Part shown: one piece after another, positions 35,131 through 45,646 of the stretch
How the letters are laid out: each line of letters opens with the position of its first letter
Position numbering within the stretch: the first letter of the stretch is position 1
From: a virus
Lineage: Duplodnaviria; Caudoviricetes
DNA length: 64,000 nucleotides
Reading direction: 5' to 3' (one strand)
IMG/VR virus record: IMGVR_UViG_3300025674_000014
Translations under genes and position numbers: made by a program
The notes under the pieces: model-generated
Seen by the model: the letters and a program-made list of their open reading frames with translations, nothing else
Databases searched by the model: none
What the model was told of the DNA's origin: nothing

Positions 35131-36028
35131 TAAAGCATGCATATGCATTGATTTCTTGATCCATACAAAACGCTGATTTATAGATAAAGTCGTGGCAAGT
35201 AGTAAGCTGCGACTTTTTCTTATCTTCTTGAATGCATGGCAAGTCATCGATGTAATTAAACATCTCTTTAATCAATACTGGGTAATCATTATTAAACACA
35301 TGCTCATTCTTTATCGCAAGCTTTCTGCACTTAAGAACATGTCCATGCTCAATAAGCTTATACAAATCAGCGACAAGTTTGGATACGTTAGAGCTATCAT
35401 CAACTTCAATCTTACCATCGTTTGTAAGCTTTTGAATCGTATTGATGGTCTTACGAAGATCTGGAAAGTTATCCCTAACAATTTGTTTCAAGTCATCTTC
35501 ACTACATACGATATTTTCCTCATTCAATATATGAGCCATGCGTCTGGTTACATCCTCCACGTCATGGGTTATGTTAAATACCTGGCACCTGCTCTGTAAT
35601 GCTGGAATGATTCGATGCTTATAATTTGCAGTAAGAACAAATCGAGTAATTGCACTATACTCTTCCATTACATTACGCAATGCTCTCTGACCATCTTGAG
35701 TCAAACCATCACACTCATCTAAGATAATAACTTTGATAGGAAAGAGACTCTTTGTCTTAGCATAGTTCGTAACCTTACTACGGATAGTATCAATACCATT
35801 CTCATCTGATGCATTGATATATAGGTGATCACATTCAATTAGTTCATTAACAATAATCTTTGCAAGAGTAGTCTTACCAATACCTGGACTACCTACAAGA
35901 AGTACATTTGGAATCTCTCCACTCTCTTTAGCTTTATCAATCAATTGCCTAATTGAATTGCCTTCTTTAAGACAATAATCAGCAATCTGCTTCGGGCGAT
36001 ATTTTTCTACTAATAAGTTATCGAACAT
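35111..36028 (-). CDS. gp44: Sliding-clamp loader AAA+ subunit (gp44/RFC-small-like), paralogue A
   Basis: VEKYRP, Walker A GSPGIGKT, Walker B ILDECD, LQSRC; TATCAT-N6-ATG. Confidence 0.93.
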   Translation of the reverse strand: MFDNLLVEKYRPKQIADYCLKEGNSIRQLIDKAKESGEIPNVLLVGSPGIGKTTLAKIIVNELIECDHLYINASDENGIDTIRSKVTNYAKTKSLFPIKVIILDECDGLTQDGQRALRNVMEEYSAITRFVLTANYKHRIIPALQSRCQVFNITHDVEDVTRRMAHILNEENIVCSEDDLKQIVRDNFPDLRKTINTIQKLTNDGKIEVDDSSNVSKLVADLYKLIEHGHVLKCRKLAIKNEHVFNNDYPVLIKEMFNYIDDLPCIQEDKKKSQLTTCHDFIYKSAFCMDQEINAYACFITLSKC

Positions 36029-36048
36029 ACAACGATGATATATACTAT

Positions 36049-36981
36049 CTATCGCTTTTCAAATAATTTTACCAACTCAAGACAGCAACAAAATGCATTT
36101 ATCTCTTTATCCAATACTTGTGTATTTTGATACAAATAATTAGAGATAGTTATTAGTAGATCTCTTTTGAATTTTTCTGGAAGGTCTTTCTCGTGCGTGT
36201 AATTAAAAAGAAGCTTAAGAAGAGAGTGATACTCACCGTTAAACTTCTCGTCATTATCCGTAAGAAATTGTCTAATGTTCTCAGAAACGCCAGATTCAAT
36301 TCGATCATAGAGGTCGTCAATAAACACCTGGTCTGTTTCCTCTTTGTCAATAGTGAGTCTTCCATTGACTGTATACTTTTGAATGTTGTTAACACATTTT
36401 CTAATATCAGGGTAATCCTTTTTTATCAACTTAATGAAGTAGTCCCTGTTCTCTTCAGTAAGTGTAATGTGTTCATAATTAAGAATAGCACTACATCGTT
36501 TAACGACTTCTAAAATAGGAGGAGTTAAGTCAAAGTTCTGACATCTGCTCTGCAATGCTGGAATGATCTTATGAATGTAATTACATGTTAGAATCCATCT
36601 AGTTGTTCTGCTATACTCTTCAATAGCATTACGTAGAGCTTTTTGAGACTCTTGCAAAAGACCATCACACTCATCTAAAATAATAACGTTAATCTTACCT
36701 TTAGATGGTCTTTCTTTTGCATATGATATAGCTTTCTTACGAATGGATTCTATATCGTTTTCATCTGATGCGTTTATATAAATGTAATCACATTTTATAA
36801 GATCTTTTACGATAATCTTTGCTAAAGAGGTTTTACCTATACCTGGGGGACCAGCAAAGAGAAGGTTTGGAATTTCTTCTTTTTCCTTAAATTGGTTAAA
36901 CACTCGATAATTGTCATCGGTTAAGATGATATCATCGAGTGTTTGTGGTCTATACTTTTCAACAAATAGACTATCGAACAT
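36049..36981 (-). CDS. gp44: Sliding-clamp loader AAA+ subunit (gp44/RFC-small-like), paralogue B
   Basis: VEKYRP, GPPGIGKT, ILDECD, LQSRC; start moved to ATG 36981, 5 nt after TAAATA. Confidence 0.93.
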   Translation of the reverse strand: MFDSLFVEKYRPQTLDDIILTDDNYRVFNQFKEKEEIPNLLFAGPPGIGKTSLAKIIVKDLIKCDYIYINASDENDIESIRKKAISYAKERPSKGKINVIILDECDGLLQESQKALRNAIEEYSRTTRWILTCNYIHKIIPALQSRCQNFDLTPPILEVVKRCSAILNYEHITLTEENRDYFIKLIKKDYPDIRKCVNNIQKYTVNGRLTIDKEETDQVFIDDLYDRIESGVSENIRQFLTDNDEKFNGEYHSLLKLLFNYTHEKDLPEKFKRDLLITISNYLYQNTQVLDKEINAFCCCLELVKLFEKR

Positions 36982-36985
36982 ATCA

Positions 36986-37489
36986 TTATTTACTATCAGA
37001 CGAGCCAAATCCATCAGCCCCTCTGTTAGTATCAGACACTTCGTCAGCCCATTCAATAATAGGTTGCAATAATCTATAGACAACTATTTGTGCACAACCT
37101 TTACCTTTTTCGATTACAGCGTCAGTATCGGAAAAGTTATACAACTTAACACCTAGATCACCCCTGTATTGATTATCAATAACACCAAGATGAGGTTGTA
37201 AGCCATGTTTGAAACCTAGACCAGATCGAGGTTCAATTCGAAACCAATAACCAGGAGTAATATCTGCAAGAGTAAGACCGACAGGCACAACTGCACTTCC
37301 ACGAGCTGGAATAGTCGTATCTTCTACAGCAAACAAATCATAACCAGAATCACCAGTCATACATTCTTCATTGTTTACTGTAGGTAGTTTTGCATCATCA
37401 TGCGTCTTCTTAAACTTAACAGTCAATGCTTGTTTATCTACATTAACCCAGTTTGTATTTGATTCATATACATCACACATATCGCTCAT
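36986..37489 (-). CDS. dut: Trimeric dUTPase
   Basis: DSGYDL, PRSGL, GVIDNQYRG, RGADGFGSS. Confidence 0.97.
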   Translation of the reverse strand: MSDMCDVYESNTNWVNVDKQALTVKFKKTHDDAKLPTVNNEECMTGDSGYDLFAVEDTTIPARGSAVVPVGLTLADITPGYWFRIEPRSGLGFKHGLQPHLGVIDNQYRGDLGVKLYNFSDTDAVIEKGKGCAQIVVYRLLQPIIEWADEVSDTNRGADGFGSSDSK

Positions 37490-37524
37490 ACAATCATAAT
37501 ATATGTTGTACTATAAAAGTAAAC

Positions 37525-37532
37525 TATAAATA
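37525..37532 (+). promoter_or_regulatory. T4-type late promoter TATAAATA
   Basis: Full consensus 7 nt upstream of ATG 37540. Confidence 0.8.
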
Positions 37533-37539
37533 TTTGGCA

Positions 37540-38016
37540 ATGGACGATATACCAAGTCATGATATAGGTGATTTAGTTGATCAGTTAAAGAATGCTGAAA
37601 AGTATCTTAAGAAACCAGAAAAGGCAGAAGAAGAGTTCAACTTAGATCCTGAAGAGCTTGAAAAGTTTATACTTAACAACGCTGGTAAGCTTGTAAAGAA
37701 ATCTATCGATATGGTAGATGAAGTAAAACAATATGTCGAAACTGCTCCAGAGAGTAGAGATGTATCTAGTTTATCTGAACTGATAAATGCTTCTTCTTCA
37801 GCTATAGAAACTCTTTCAAAAATATTAGTACAAAATAAGAAAGACAAAACTCAGAAAGAAGTTAAACAGATGGATATCGACGGCAAGAAGCAATTAATGC
37901 AAGGTGAGTTTAATGCAAAGGTTATGCTATCAAGAGATGATGTTATGAAAGAGTTATTTGCTAAAGTTGAAAGAGAAGAAAAAGATATTACACCGACACA
38001 GTCCCAAGAGTTGTAA
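37540..38016 (+). CDS. Putative terminase small subunit (gp16-like)
   Basis: Helical core VETAPESRDVSSLSELI...LSKI and C-terminal VMLSRDDVMKEL resemble T4 gp16; TATAAATA at 37525-37532; start moved to 37540. Confidence 0.5.
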   Translation: MDDIPSHDIGDLVDQLKNAEKYLKKPEKAEEEFNLDPEELEKFILNNAGKLVKKSIDMVDEVKQYVETAPESRDVSSLSELINASSSAIETLSKILVQNKKDKTQKEVKQMDIDGKKQLMQGEFNAKVMLSRDDVMKELFAKVEREEKDITPTQSQEL

Positions 38017-38881
38017 GACTGTTGGCTACATTTTTATAAAAACCGACTTCTTTCTTTAAGTAGTCGGTTTTCTTTTCCAACCCTTCTAAAGTAAACTCTA
38101 TTGCTCCTTTTTCCTTTAATTGTAAGTTATCTGTATCGTCTTGAGGGTCATACTGCTCGTAAAAAGTAATTATATCATACAAGCTTCCATAAAACTCAGT
38201 TAAGTCAGCTTCAAGCTCTTCTTTGGCTACATTATATATTCTTTCATAATGATAGTAATCGGCTACTAAGTTACTACCATGGGCTTCTTTACTATCTGAA
38301 AATGGTTCAGATAGTTGATACATATTATGTCTAAACAAACTAGTACAAAATCTTGACATATAACCTGTTAACAATTTAGTATTAGGTTTTAATTTATTCT
38401 CAATAGATGTAGCAAAGTTAACAGGTACTAACTGTTCAACTAAATCATCTGATACTAAATCAAAGTCAACATCATATATAGCTAATAAAGAGTCATCAGG
38501 TAAATATTCTACATTTCTTAATAAGCCAATACTATCAGAAATTTCTTTAAACACCTGAACTTTATCTTTTAGTACTTTGTTGAATCTTCTTTTTACAGGA
38601 GCTATTGAAGTTAAATACCTTTCATACCAAAATACTTTGTATTGTATTTCAGAATATTTTGATAAACCTCCTTTATCTAAATTAACAAATATTTCAGATT
38701 GGCTAGTAATAGGGTCTATACCTACTAATGACTTTCTCCATTCAATAAAATTATCTAATTGGTTAATTCCTTGAGCTAATAGTGCTCCAAAGTTAGTAGC
38801 TTTGTTGTATAAATCTTTTTCATAATAGACGTTTAAGTCATATAACTTTGGATCTATAGTTGTATAATATTTGTAGCTCAT
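37988..38881 (-). CDS. Hypothetical protein coupled to the baseplate hub gene
   Basis: 297-aa ORF, 4-nt overlap with the upstream gene. Confidence 0.65.
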   Translation of the reverse strand: MSYKYYTTIDPKLYDLNVYYEKDLYNKATNFGALLAQGINQLDNFIEWRKSLVGIDPITSQSEIFVNLDKGGLSKYSEIQYKVFWYERYLTSIAPVKRRFNKVLKDKVQVFKEISDSIGLLRNVEYLPDDSLLAIYDVDFDLVSDDLVEQLVPVNFATSIENKLKPNTKLLTGYMSRFCTSLFRHNMYQLSEPFSDSKEAHGSNLVADYYHYERIYNVAKEELEADLTEFYGSLYDIITFYEQYDPQDDTDNLQLKEKGAIEFTLEGLEKKTDYLKKEVGFYKNVANSLTTLGTVSV

Positions 38882-40530
38882 TTAACCTCCTTTACAAATG
38901 GGTTATCAAATAAGTAAGTTTTAACCCCAATCATATTATTAGTGTAAGTGCCTTTTGAAAAAATATGGTCTACCTGTACGGCAAAATAAGTACCAAAAAC
39001 TTTATCATCATACTTACTTTCATTAACACCAGCTTTTCTTTCAAAACTAAAAAACTTACCCGAACTTCTAAATGTTAATCCTTTCAGTTTAAGTTCGATG
39101 GCGTTATTTAAAAATATCATATTCTTTAATATTTCATTTCTACCTAATCCTAAACGCTGATCTGGTTCTGTATCATTAATAGAAAATATATTTTTATAAT
39201 TTAGATTGTTTTTTCTAAATTGATTTAAGAAAGTATTGGTGAATATCTCTTTACCTGAAACAAATAAGGGATACTCATTATCTCCTTTAACAAAAAAGTT
39301 ATAATACATATCCATTGTTGAGCTTATATTGTTATTAGATAAATCTATTTGAAATTGTTTATCATTAGTTTGGTATGAATGAACTGCTGTAGTAATTAAT
39401 TTTGTTTGAGTGTCTATACCACTCATGTTATAAAAATCATAATTATTAACCATCGAATATTCCCCAAATGTTAAATTATTAAATGGCATATTTGGGGCTC
39501 TTTTTTTAACGTTTGTATCACTAGTTATACTTTCTGATCCTAAAAATATTGTTTCATTATGTAATGCTCCTCCAGAAGAGCCTAATTCGTTTTGAAATAT
39601 TGCATTTTGAAAATAATCTTTATAACTAATCAAAGTATATTTTTGACTATATCTGTCTTTTCTAAGTAAACAAGGATCATGCGGAGGAGCAGAAGAAGTG
39701 TGTCTTTTAGATATATAACTAATATCATCTAATACATTATATTCTCCAGGTGAAGAATAAAAAAGAGTAGATGTACCTAAATCAAATAAATCATAATCTA
39801 TTACGCTTCCATTTTGTTCAGTTCTTTCTCCTGAACCTCCTACATCTAGTCCCTGTATTATAATATTTTTTAATATATCACCTGTATATGCTCCTCTACT
39901 ATCATCATCAGAATGCGCAATATCAGTACCCTCATTGGATGAAACTATTTTTGCTGAACTAAAAAATAAATTTTTTTCTCTTAAAATTTCTAAATCTGTG
40001 TCAACTAAAGTTAATTTTTTAAATTTTATATTATCATCATTTTGTGAAACAGTATCTTCATTTTCAATGATAGCAAACGAATATACTAAAGTAGATAAAG
40101 GTTTAATTTTGTCTATTTCTTCATTGTTAACTAAGTCTTTAAGTTCAGGTTGTATATAAACTAATAAGAAATCTCTACAATCATTACGAAAGAAAAATTC
40201 ATCTATATATGTACCGCTTCCATTTTTAGGTTGTCTTGCAAAATAATTTTCTTGCTGATCGTTTTGAAGATTATAGTTACTTCTTTCAATAGCATCATCA
40301 TCATTTCTTATAATACATGTACCGGTAGCTGCTAATTCATGAATATTGTCTCTAATGTTTAAAAGTTCTATAGCTTCATTAGTCAACCCTAACACTTGAC
40401 CGTTACCATTATACAAATAAACATAGTACTTATATTGAACATTATCAAACCTAAAATTTAAACTAGCTTGATTTAATGTTTCATCTATAAGTGGTAACCC
40501 AGTCGTGGGTGTATTCTGAAAATTAGCCAT
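38878..40530 (-). CDS. Baseplate hub protein (gp27/VgrG-like)
   Basis: Position after gp53; C-terminal GLTFRSSGKFF...GTYFAVQVDHIF...YTNNMIGVK beta-barrel pattern. Confidence 0.6.
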   Translation of the reverse strand: MANFQNTPTTGLPLIDETLNQASLNFRFDNVQYKYYVYLYNGNGQVLGLTNEAIELLNIRDNIHELAATGTCIIRNDDDAIERSNYNLQNDQQENYFARQPKNGSGTYIDEFFFRNDCRDFLLVYIQPELKDLVNNEEIDKIKPLSTLVYSFAIIENEDTVSQNDDNIKFKKLTLVDTDLEILREKNLFFSSAKIVSSNEGTDIAHSDDDSRGAYTGDILKNIIIQGLDVGGSGERTEQNGSVIDYDLFDLGTSTLFYSSPGEYNVLDDISYISKRHTSSAPPHDPCLLRKDRYSQKYTLISYKDYFQNAIFQNELGSSGGALHNETIFLGSESITSDTNVKKRAPNMPFNNLTFGEYSMVNNYDFYNMSGIDTQTKLITTAVHSYQTNDKQFQIDLSNNNISSTMDMYYNFFVKGDNEYPLFVSGKEIFTNTFLNQFRKNNLNYKNIFSINDTEPDQRLGLGRNEILKNMIFLNNAIELKLKGLTFRSSGKFFSFERKAGVNESKYDDKVFGTYFAVQVDHIFSKGTYTNNMIGVKTYLFDNPFVKEVK

Positions 40531-40882
40531 TTTGATTTATTTGCGAAACTATTTGTTTTATATACTGAGGTTTTATATATTTTATAACTGAACCAGATTT
40601 GGGCATAATCACTGGATTAGATATTTTATTAAGTTCAGTAATACACCACCACAAAAATATACTACCGTATATATTGTAACTAATTATAGTCCAAGGTACA
40701 TTTCTATCTAGTGTAAAACTATCAATATAAATATCATCAATATCTGAAGGGAAGGAAATAGAAGTTTTTAAATTATAAAAATATTCATTATTTTCAGTTT
40801 CATATAACTTAAAAATATTTTCATATCTATTATTACCTAATATAGGTAAACCATCTATATTTCTTTGATAATTACCTTCCAT
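40523..40882 (-). CDS. gp53: Baseplate wedge subunit, gp53-like (LysM-like)
   Basis: WTIISYNIYGSIFLWWCITELNKISNP...KYIKP. Confidence 0.75.
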   Translation of the reverse strand: MEGNYQRNIDGLPILGNNRYENIFKLYETENNEYFYNLKTSISFPSDIDDIYIDSFTLDRNVPWTIISYNIYGSIFLWWCITELNKISNPVIMPKSGSVIKYIKPQYIKQIVSQINQNG

Positions 40883-42243
40883 TATTCAAACGATTGAGTT
40901 GTTGCTTTTACTACATTATCAGTAACTGTAGCAAATAATAAATTTTTGGTGGTTGCAATCATAGGTTGTAAAGTCATTCTTATTTCATACATATCAGGTA
41001 CTATAGTTTTTAGTTTAGCTGGTATGGAAACATTTTCATTTGTAGATGATATACCACCTAAATCTAAATCCATTAATCTTGTACTACCCCTATAGTTAAC
41101 AACTAAACTCGATACATAACAATAAGGAGCTCTTCTATTACCAGGAATAGTTACATCATATAACACCGGAGGTTCAACTATAATTTTATCTTGTCTTAAA
41201 GGTAAATTTTGATACATTAACAATAATACAAGTTTATAATTGTTTAAAACATCTTCATAAGTTGCAGGTGATGTATTATATAAAGGAAACACCACTTCTA
41301 TTGCTGGTCCTTCTGAAGGATATTGATAGTGTTTAGCTCTTTCAATTTTTGCAGTACCTGCTTGAGAAAGTAACCTACCTGTACCGGCTACCACTTCAGT
41401 AAAACCGGTACCTGAGTTAATTAAATCTATTAAATTACCGGTAATATTTTCAACAGATTCACCAAAACTGTTGTTAATATCTAATACTCTTGAATTAAGG
41501 TAAGGTATTTTATATTGAAACCCTGTTGGGCCTACAAAGTATAATTTTTGATAAGGAAATAAAACAGATTCTAAATCAGGGTTATTATACTTTTTAAATA
41601 TTGCTTGCAAAGTATCAATGTTATTATTAAAAGTAGTTACACCGTTAGCTAATGCTGTACCGGTAGCTGAAAAGAACCCAGATTCATTAGGATTTGGATC
41701 TGCAGAACTAAATTCTCCCCCCGGTACACCTTCAATTCCAGTTGGTGTTACTTTATCTCCTAAAGTTCTTAATCCTTTTTGTACAAAATCAGTAGCAGAA
41801 TTAAAAAAATCAGTTAACGACTTAACTGGTGTACCGTCAAAAATAGATAAAGTGTAAAGAGCTTGAGCAATTAAATTATTAACTAAAAAATATTTTTCTT
41901 TTAAGAAAATATAAGGCGTTTCATCGTTAACATTTCTAAAACCTTCATTTCTATATTCTTCTGCATTTCTACCCATTTTACTAGTTTTAGGAGAAATAGT
42001 CCACATATAGTCATTTAATACATTTACCGTTGTAGTTAAATTATTATTGTTATCTAAATTATCTTTTAAATGATTTCTTATAACACTAAACGGGGTAGGT
42101 AATCCGCTGTTATTGGGGTTAGGTTCTGCTGAAACGGGAGGTTGATACCCTAAACCATATAAGGAATTAGGTATAATTAGAGGTGTATATACCTCACTAT
42201 CTTTAGTTGTATTCGTACCTAAAAATGTATAACTAAGTCCCAT
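40882..42243 (-). CDS. Baseplate tail-tube cap/initiator (gp48/gp54-like)
   Basis: IEVVFPLYN...PPVLYDVTIPG...CYVSSLVVNY...EIRMTL tube-fold pattern; synteny. Confidence 0.55.
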   Translation of the reverse strand: MGLSYTFLGTNTTKDSEVYTPLIIPNSLYGLGYQPPVSAEPNPNNSGLPTPFSVIRNHLKDNLDNNNNLTTTVNVLNDYMWTISPKTSKMGRNAEEYRNEGFRNVNDETPYIFLKEKYFLVNNLIAQALYTLSIFDGTPVKSLTDFFNSATDFVQKGLRTLGDKVTPTGIEGVPGGEFSSADPNPNESGFFSATGTALANGVTTFNNNIDTLQAIFKKYNNPDLESVLFPYQKLYFVGPTGFQYKIPYLNSRVLDINNSFGESVENITGNLIDLINSGTGFTEVVAGTGRLLSQAGTAKIERAKHYQYPSEGPAIEVVFPLYNTSPATYEDVLNNYKLVLLLMYQNLPLRQDKIIVEPPVLYDVTIPGNRRAPYCYVSSLVVNYRGSTRLMDLDLGGISSTNENVSIPAKLKTIVPDMYEIRMTLQPMIATTKNLLFATVTDNVVKATTQSFE

Positions 42244-42252
42244 TATTATTAT

Positions 42253-44163
42253 TTAAGAGTTAACACCACTTCTGTAATCTTTAACATTACTAACTACATT
42301 AAAATAGTTATTGTTAGTGGTTGAAGGAGCTAATACATTATTAGATGTATTCTTTTGCAGCATAGCGGCCATCATTTTAGTTTGTTCGGTTGTTGCTTCT
42401 AATAATTGACTAAAGTCATTTCTTAATTTTAAAAGCGGGTGATCAGGGTTAAATGATTTTTCATCATAAACAGGGTTTACTTGATTTAATAACCCACCGC
42501 GCCCCGTACCTTCAGGTATGTCAGAGGGATAAGGTATATAATTTGAATCTTCAAAAATAGGTGTAATATTTGTATCTTCGGTACCCGGAGTTAATGATTC
42601 TTTTTCAGCTTCTTCTCTTTTTTGATATTCTTCTTCTCTAATTTGTTCTAAATAACTTTGATAAGATTGATAATAATTATCTCTAATTCTTTTACCCATC
42701 TTACCTCCATGATAATATTTACCGGTTTTTAAGGCCCAAGCTTTGTAATCCATTGTTTCGATATCTGGAAATTCATTTTTTATTGTTTCTCTTAATTCAG
42801 CAGATTTTCTTTTATATTTTTCATTTAGTTCTGCATCTGTCTTTCTAGCATCTACTTCGTCTTCAACAGCTGTTATAAATAAACCAAATTCTTCAGCTAA
42901 AAGATCGGAAACTTTACCGAATAAATTTTTAGTTAAATTATAAAAAGGTAACAGTAATGTTTCTTTTAATATAGTCCAACTCATACCTCCCTGAGCTTCG
43001 TCAATAGAAGGAAATACTTCATCACCGTTTAAGAATTTTAACCCCATAACAAATGGGTCATAACTACCAAATAAACTTTCAACAAAAGGAATAAAATTGG
43101 TTAGTGAAGGGTCTTTTTGAAAATCACTATACTGTAAACCTACTTTACCGAAATAACTTTTAACGTTTTGTTGACCTTGTTTTATGTCATACATCCCTTC
43201 TCTGAATATATCGCCAAAAGATTTAAAACCAATAGGTGTGTTTTTTAAATTAGCATAATCAGCTTGAGCATCATCACCCATTGCTTCTGAATTAATTAAC
43301 CAATTTAAAGCATCAATACCTAATCCTATTACAGTACCCACACCCGGAAACATATAAGCAAACCCAGCAGCTATATCTAGAAGACCTTCTATAGTTTTAC
43401 CTTCTTGATTAACTATTTTATCCATTCCTATACCAAGACTAAGTAAGAACCCGATACCTGGCAATTTTCTAAATAACCAACCGCCTACTTTAGCGCCTCC
43501 TTTCAATATAGGATTGAATAACGCTTTAAGAGGTTTTAAAAATGGTTGTAAAAATTTAAACCCTTTTATAGCAGAGAAAAATTTAGTTATTTTTTCCCCT
43601 AATTTTATTTTAGTAAAAAGTTTACCTATACCTTCACTTAACATTGAGGCTATTTTTGGTATAGCACCAGTTAAACCTAACGCAGTTAAAAAAGGTTTTA
43701 AGTTAAAAAATCTTCCTAATGCAGCTCCTATTGCAGGTATACCTATAAATTTTAAAAGTGATGGTAAAATAGGTCCTAATAGACTACCTAACATTCCTAA
43801 CAATCCAGAACCACCACCTTTTCCACCAGATGTTTGATTAGTTATATTATAAGTATTTTCATCTTTAAGCGCTGCAGCAGCTTTTTTAGATATACCAACT
43901 AATGTTACAGGTGTTGGTTTTTCTATTATTTCTCTAGGGGTTTTGCTTGATTGTTCTTTTTTTTCTTTAGTACCTTTAAATTTTTCAGAAATTACATCAG
44001 TATAATTTAAATTTTGTTTTGTAGATTTATCAGCAGTAGAAGTATTATTAGCTATTTTACTTAAAGTTTTTTCTAAATTTTTCTGGAAGTCAAGTTGCTG
44101 TTTAACGAACTTGTTAAACATATCCGCAAATTGAGCAGCAAATATAGTTGACTCACCTGTCAT
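42253..44163 (-). CDS. Putative tape-measure/baseplate hub (gp29-like) protein
   Basis: Gly/Leu-rich amphipathic segment, KLPGIGFLLSLG repeat type, C-terminal TTNNNY; synteny. Confidence 0.55.
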   Translation of the reverse strand: MTGESTIFAAQFADMFNKFVKQQLDFQKNLEKTLSKIANNTSTADKSTKQNLNYTDVISEKFKGTKEKKEQSSKTPREIIEKPTPVTLVGISKKAAAALKDENTYNITNQTSGGKGGGSGLLGMLGSLLGPILPSLLKFIGIPAIGAALGRFFNLKPFLTALGLTGAIPKIASMLSEGIGKLFTKIKLGEKITKFFSAIKGFKFLQPFLKPLKALFNPILKGGAKVGGWLFRKLPGIGFLLSLGIGMDKIVNQEGKTIEGLLDIAAGFAYMFPGVGTVIGLGIDALNWLINSEAMGDDAQADYANLKNTPIGFKSFGDIFREGMYDIKQGQQNVKSYFGKVGLQYSDFQKDPSLTNFIPFVESLFGSYDPFVMGLKFLNGDEVFPSIDEAQGGMSWTILKETLLLPFYNLTKNLFGKVSDLLAEEFGLFITAVEDEVDARKTDAELNEKYKRKSAELRETIKNEFPDIETMDYKAWALKTGKYYHGGKMGKRIRDNYYQSYQSYLEQIREEEYQKREEAEKESLTPGTEDTNITPIFEDSNYIPYPSDIPEGTGRGGLLNQVNPVYDEKSFNPDHPLLKLRNDFSQLLEATTEQTKMMAAMLQKNTSNNVLAPSTTNNNYFNVVSNVKDYRSGVNS

Positions 44164-44169
44164 CTATAT

Positions 44170-44177
44170 TATTTATA
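44170..44177 (-). promoter_or_regulatory. T4-type late promoter TATAAATA
   Basis: Full consensus 6 nt upstream of ATG 44163. Confidence 0.8.
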
Positions 44178-44184
44178 AGGGAAG

Positions 44185-44925
44185 TTAAGAGAACAGATCG
44201 TTTGATACGTCTACTGATACACCGTCAACGGTAGTTAAATCTGATTCTATTTGTTTAACTGATTGAATAAAAGATAATATCTTTTTAACAAAATTACCAG
44301 GTAATTGTTCCACAAGTTCTAATTTATCGTAATAATTCATATTACGTAAATTTACTGTAGTATCTTCTATAGTAACTTCATTAATATATTTTAAAATTTC
44401 ACTAGTATAAAGTTCACTAACAATTTCTTGAGTTGAAGTTTTTTTAGTTAACTTTTTAGAAATTTGATTGTTAATTGTTGAGTCATAATTTAGGTCAGGT
44501 ACTTTAACTTTAACTGATAAATCTTTTAGAGATATTTCTTTTTCTTCAAATAAATCTTTATAATCGTATTCAGCTAATTTTTTAATAACCGTATTTACAT
44601 TTACTTTTCCATCTTCATTTTCATAAACATTACCTACGGTAGAAGATCTAAAACTAAGAATTATGCTAGTTCTATCAAAAGTAGTTAGTGAATTTAAATC
44701 TAATTCTTCTTCTGAATTTTCAACAATTATAGTATTGAAGGTATTGTTAAAATTCATCAAACCACTAGCATCTGAAGGCATGCTAGATAGAATGGTTTTT
44801 TGTTGTTTAAGGGTAAAGGGTAAAAACTTTGACTTTTTACCCAATGAGGGGAGGAAGATAGAAAGACTTTTCTTTTTGTTAAGTTCTTTTAGCTTATTTA
44901 AAATTGCTTTACTATCTTCACTCAT
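44185..44925 (-). CDS. Baseplate hub assembly protein (gp26-like)
   Basis: LPSLGK...FLPFTLKQQK, LTTFDR, LVEQLP pattern; start moved to 44925. Confidence 0.7.
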   Translation of the reverse strand: MSEDSKAILNKLKELNKKKSLSIFLPSLGKKSKFLPFTLKQQKTILSSMPSDASGLMNFNNTFNTIIVENSEEELDLNSLTTFDRTSIILSFRSSTVGNVYENEDGKVNVNTVIKKLAEYDYKDLFEEKEISLKDLSVKVKVPDLNYDSTINNQISKKLTKKTSTQEIVSELYTSEILKYINEVTIEDTTVNLRNMNYYDKLELVEQLPGNFVKKILSFIQSVKQIESDLTTVDGVSVDVSNDLFS

Positions 44926-44933
44926 AAACATAT

Positions 44934-45626
44934 TTACTTACTATTTTTAGATTTCCATGCTTCTAACATTGCAAGAACCTCTAATTTGAGATAAGGTGTA
45001 TTATGTTTTACCCATGACTTTTCATCTCTATCATAATAGTAGCACGCTAACTCTCCTACCTTTTGACCTGAAAGACAAGATTGCATATATGCATATAAGC
45101 TTAATTGTAGAGCGTAAGTGCTAAATTCACAAGCTGGTAAATGAGATAAAGGGTCCAACATATAATCCCCATATTGATTAGTAAATGTAAACTTTTTATT
45201 AGTCTTAAAATCAAATAGGTTGAAATACTTTCCTTGCGTTTCATATACGTCGGTGGTACCTGCTATTTTGTATTCGTGTAGCCATAGTTTCTTTTCTGGT
45301 TCAATCTTTGATCTATCTGGTTGCCAAATACGTTCAATAGGGTCAGTGTAAAGTTGTTTTTCTTCAGAAGTGATATCTTTTTCATGAAGCCAATTTTCCA
45401 TAACAAGGTGAATAGATGAACCATAATCACATGCTTGTTTGTTTACAGTTTTCCATCTCTCTTTTATTTCATCTTGAGATACCCCTTCGCGGTCAGCTAC
45501 AATTTTAGACATCTTTTCAAGTTCAAAAGGTTTCTTGAACTTACCAATCAATGTAGTGGCACTTAAGTACTTTTCGTTAGTTACGGGGTTTTTATACGTA
45601 TGTGATGCTGGATCAAATTCTAACAT
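44934..45626 (-). CDS. PD-(D/E)XK exonuclease
   Basis: SATTLI, GSSIH, PEK, IAGTTD, FDFKT, YALQLSLY; TGtTATAAT-N6-ATG. Confidence 0.88.
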   Translation of the reverse strand: MLEFDPASHTYKNPVTNEKYLSATTLIGKFKKPFELEKMSKIVADREGVSQDEIKERWKTVNKQACDYGSSIHLVMENWLHEKDITSEEKQLYTDPIERIWQPDRSKIEPEKKLWLHEYKIAGTTDVYETQGKYFNLFDFKTNKKFTFTNQYGDYMLDPLSHLPACEFSTYALQLSLYAYMQSCLSGQKVGELACYYYDRDEKSWVKHNTPYLKLEVLAMLEAWKSKNSK

Positions 45627-45646
45627 TTAATCATTATAACATACTT

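Noticed and set aside
44934-45626. Cas4-like nuclease suggesting a CRISPR system
   Set aside because: It lacks the Fe-S cysteine pattern, and I saw no repeat-spacer array or other cas gene. It is an ordinary phage PD-(D/E)XK exonuclease.
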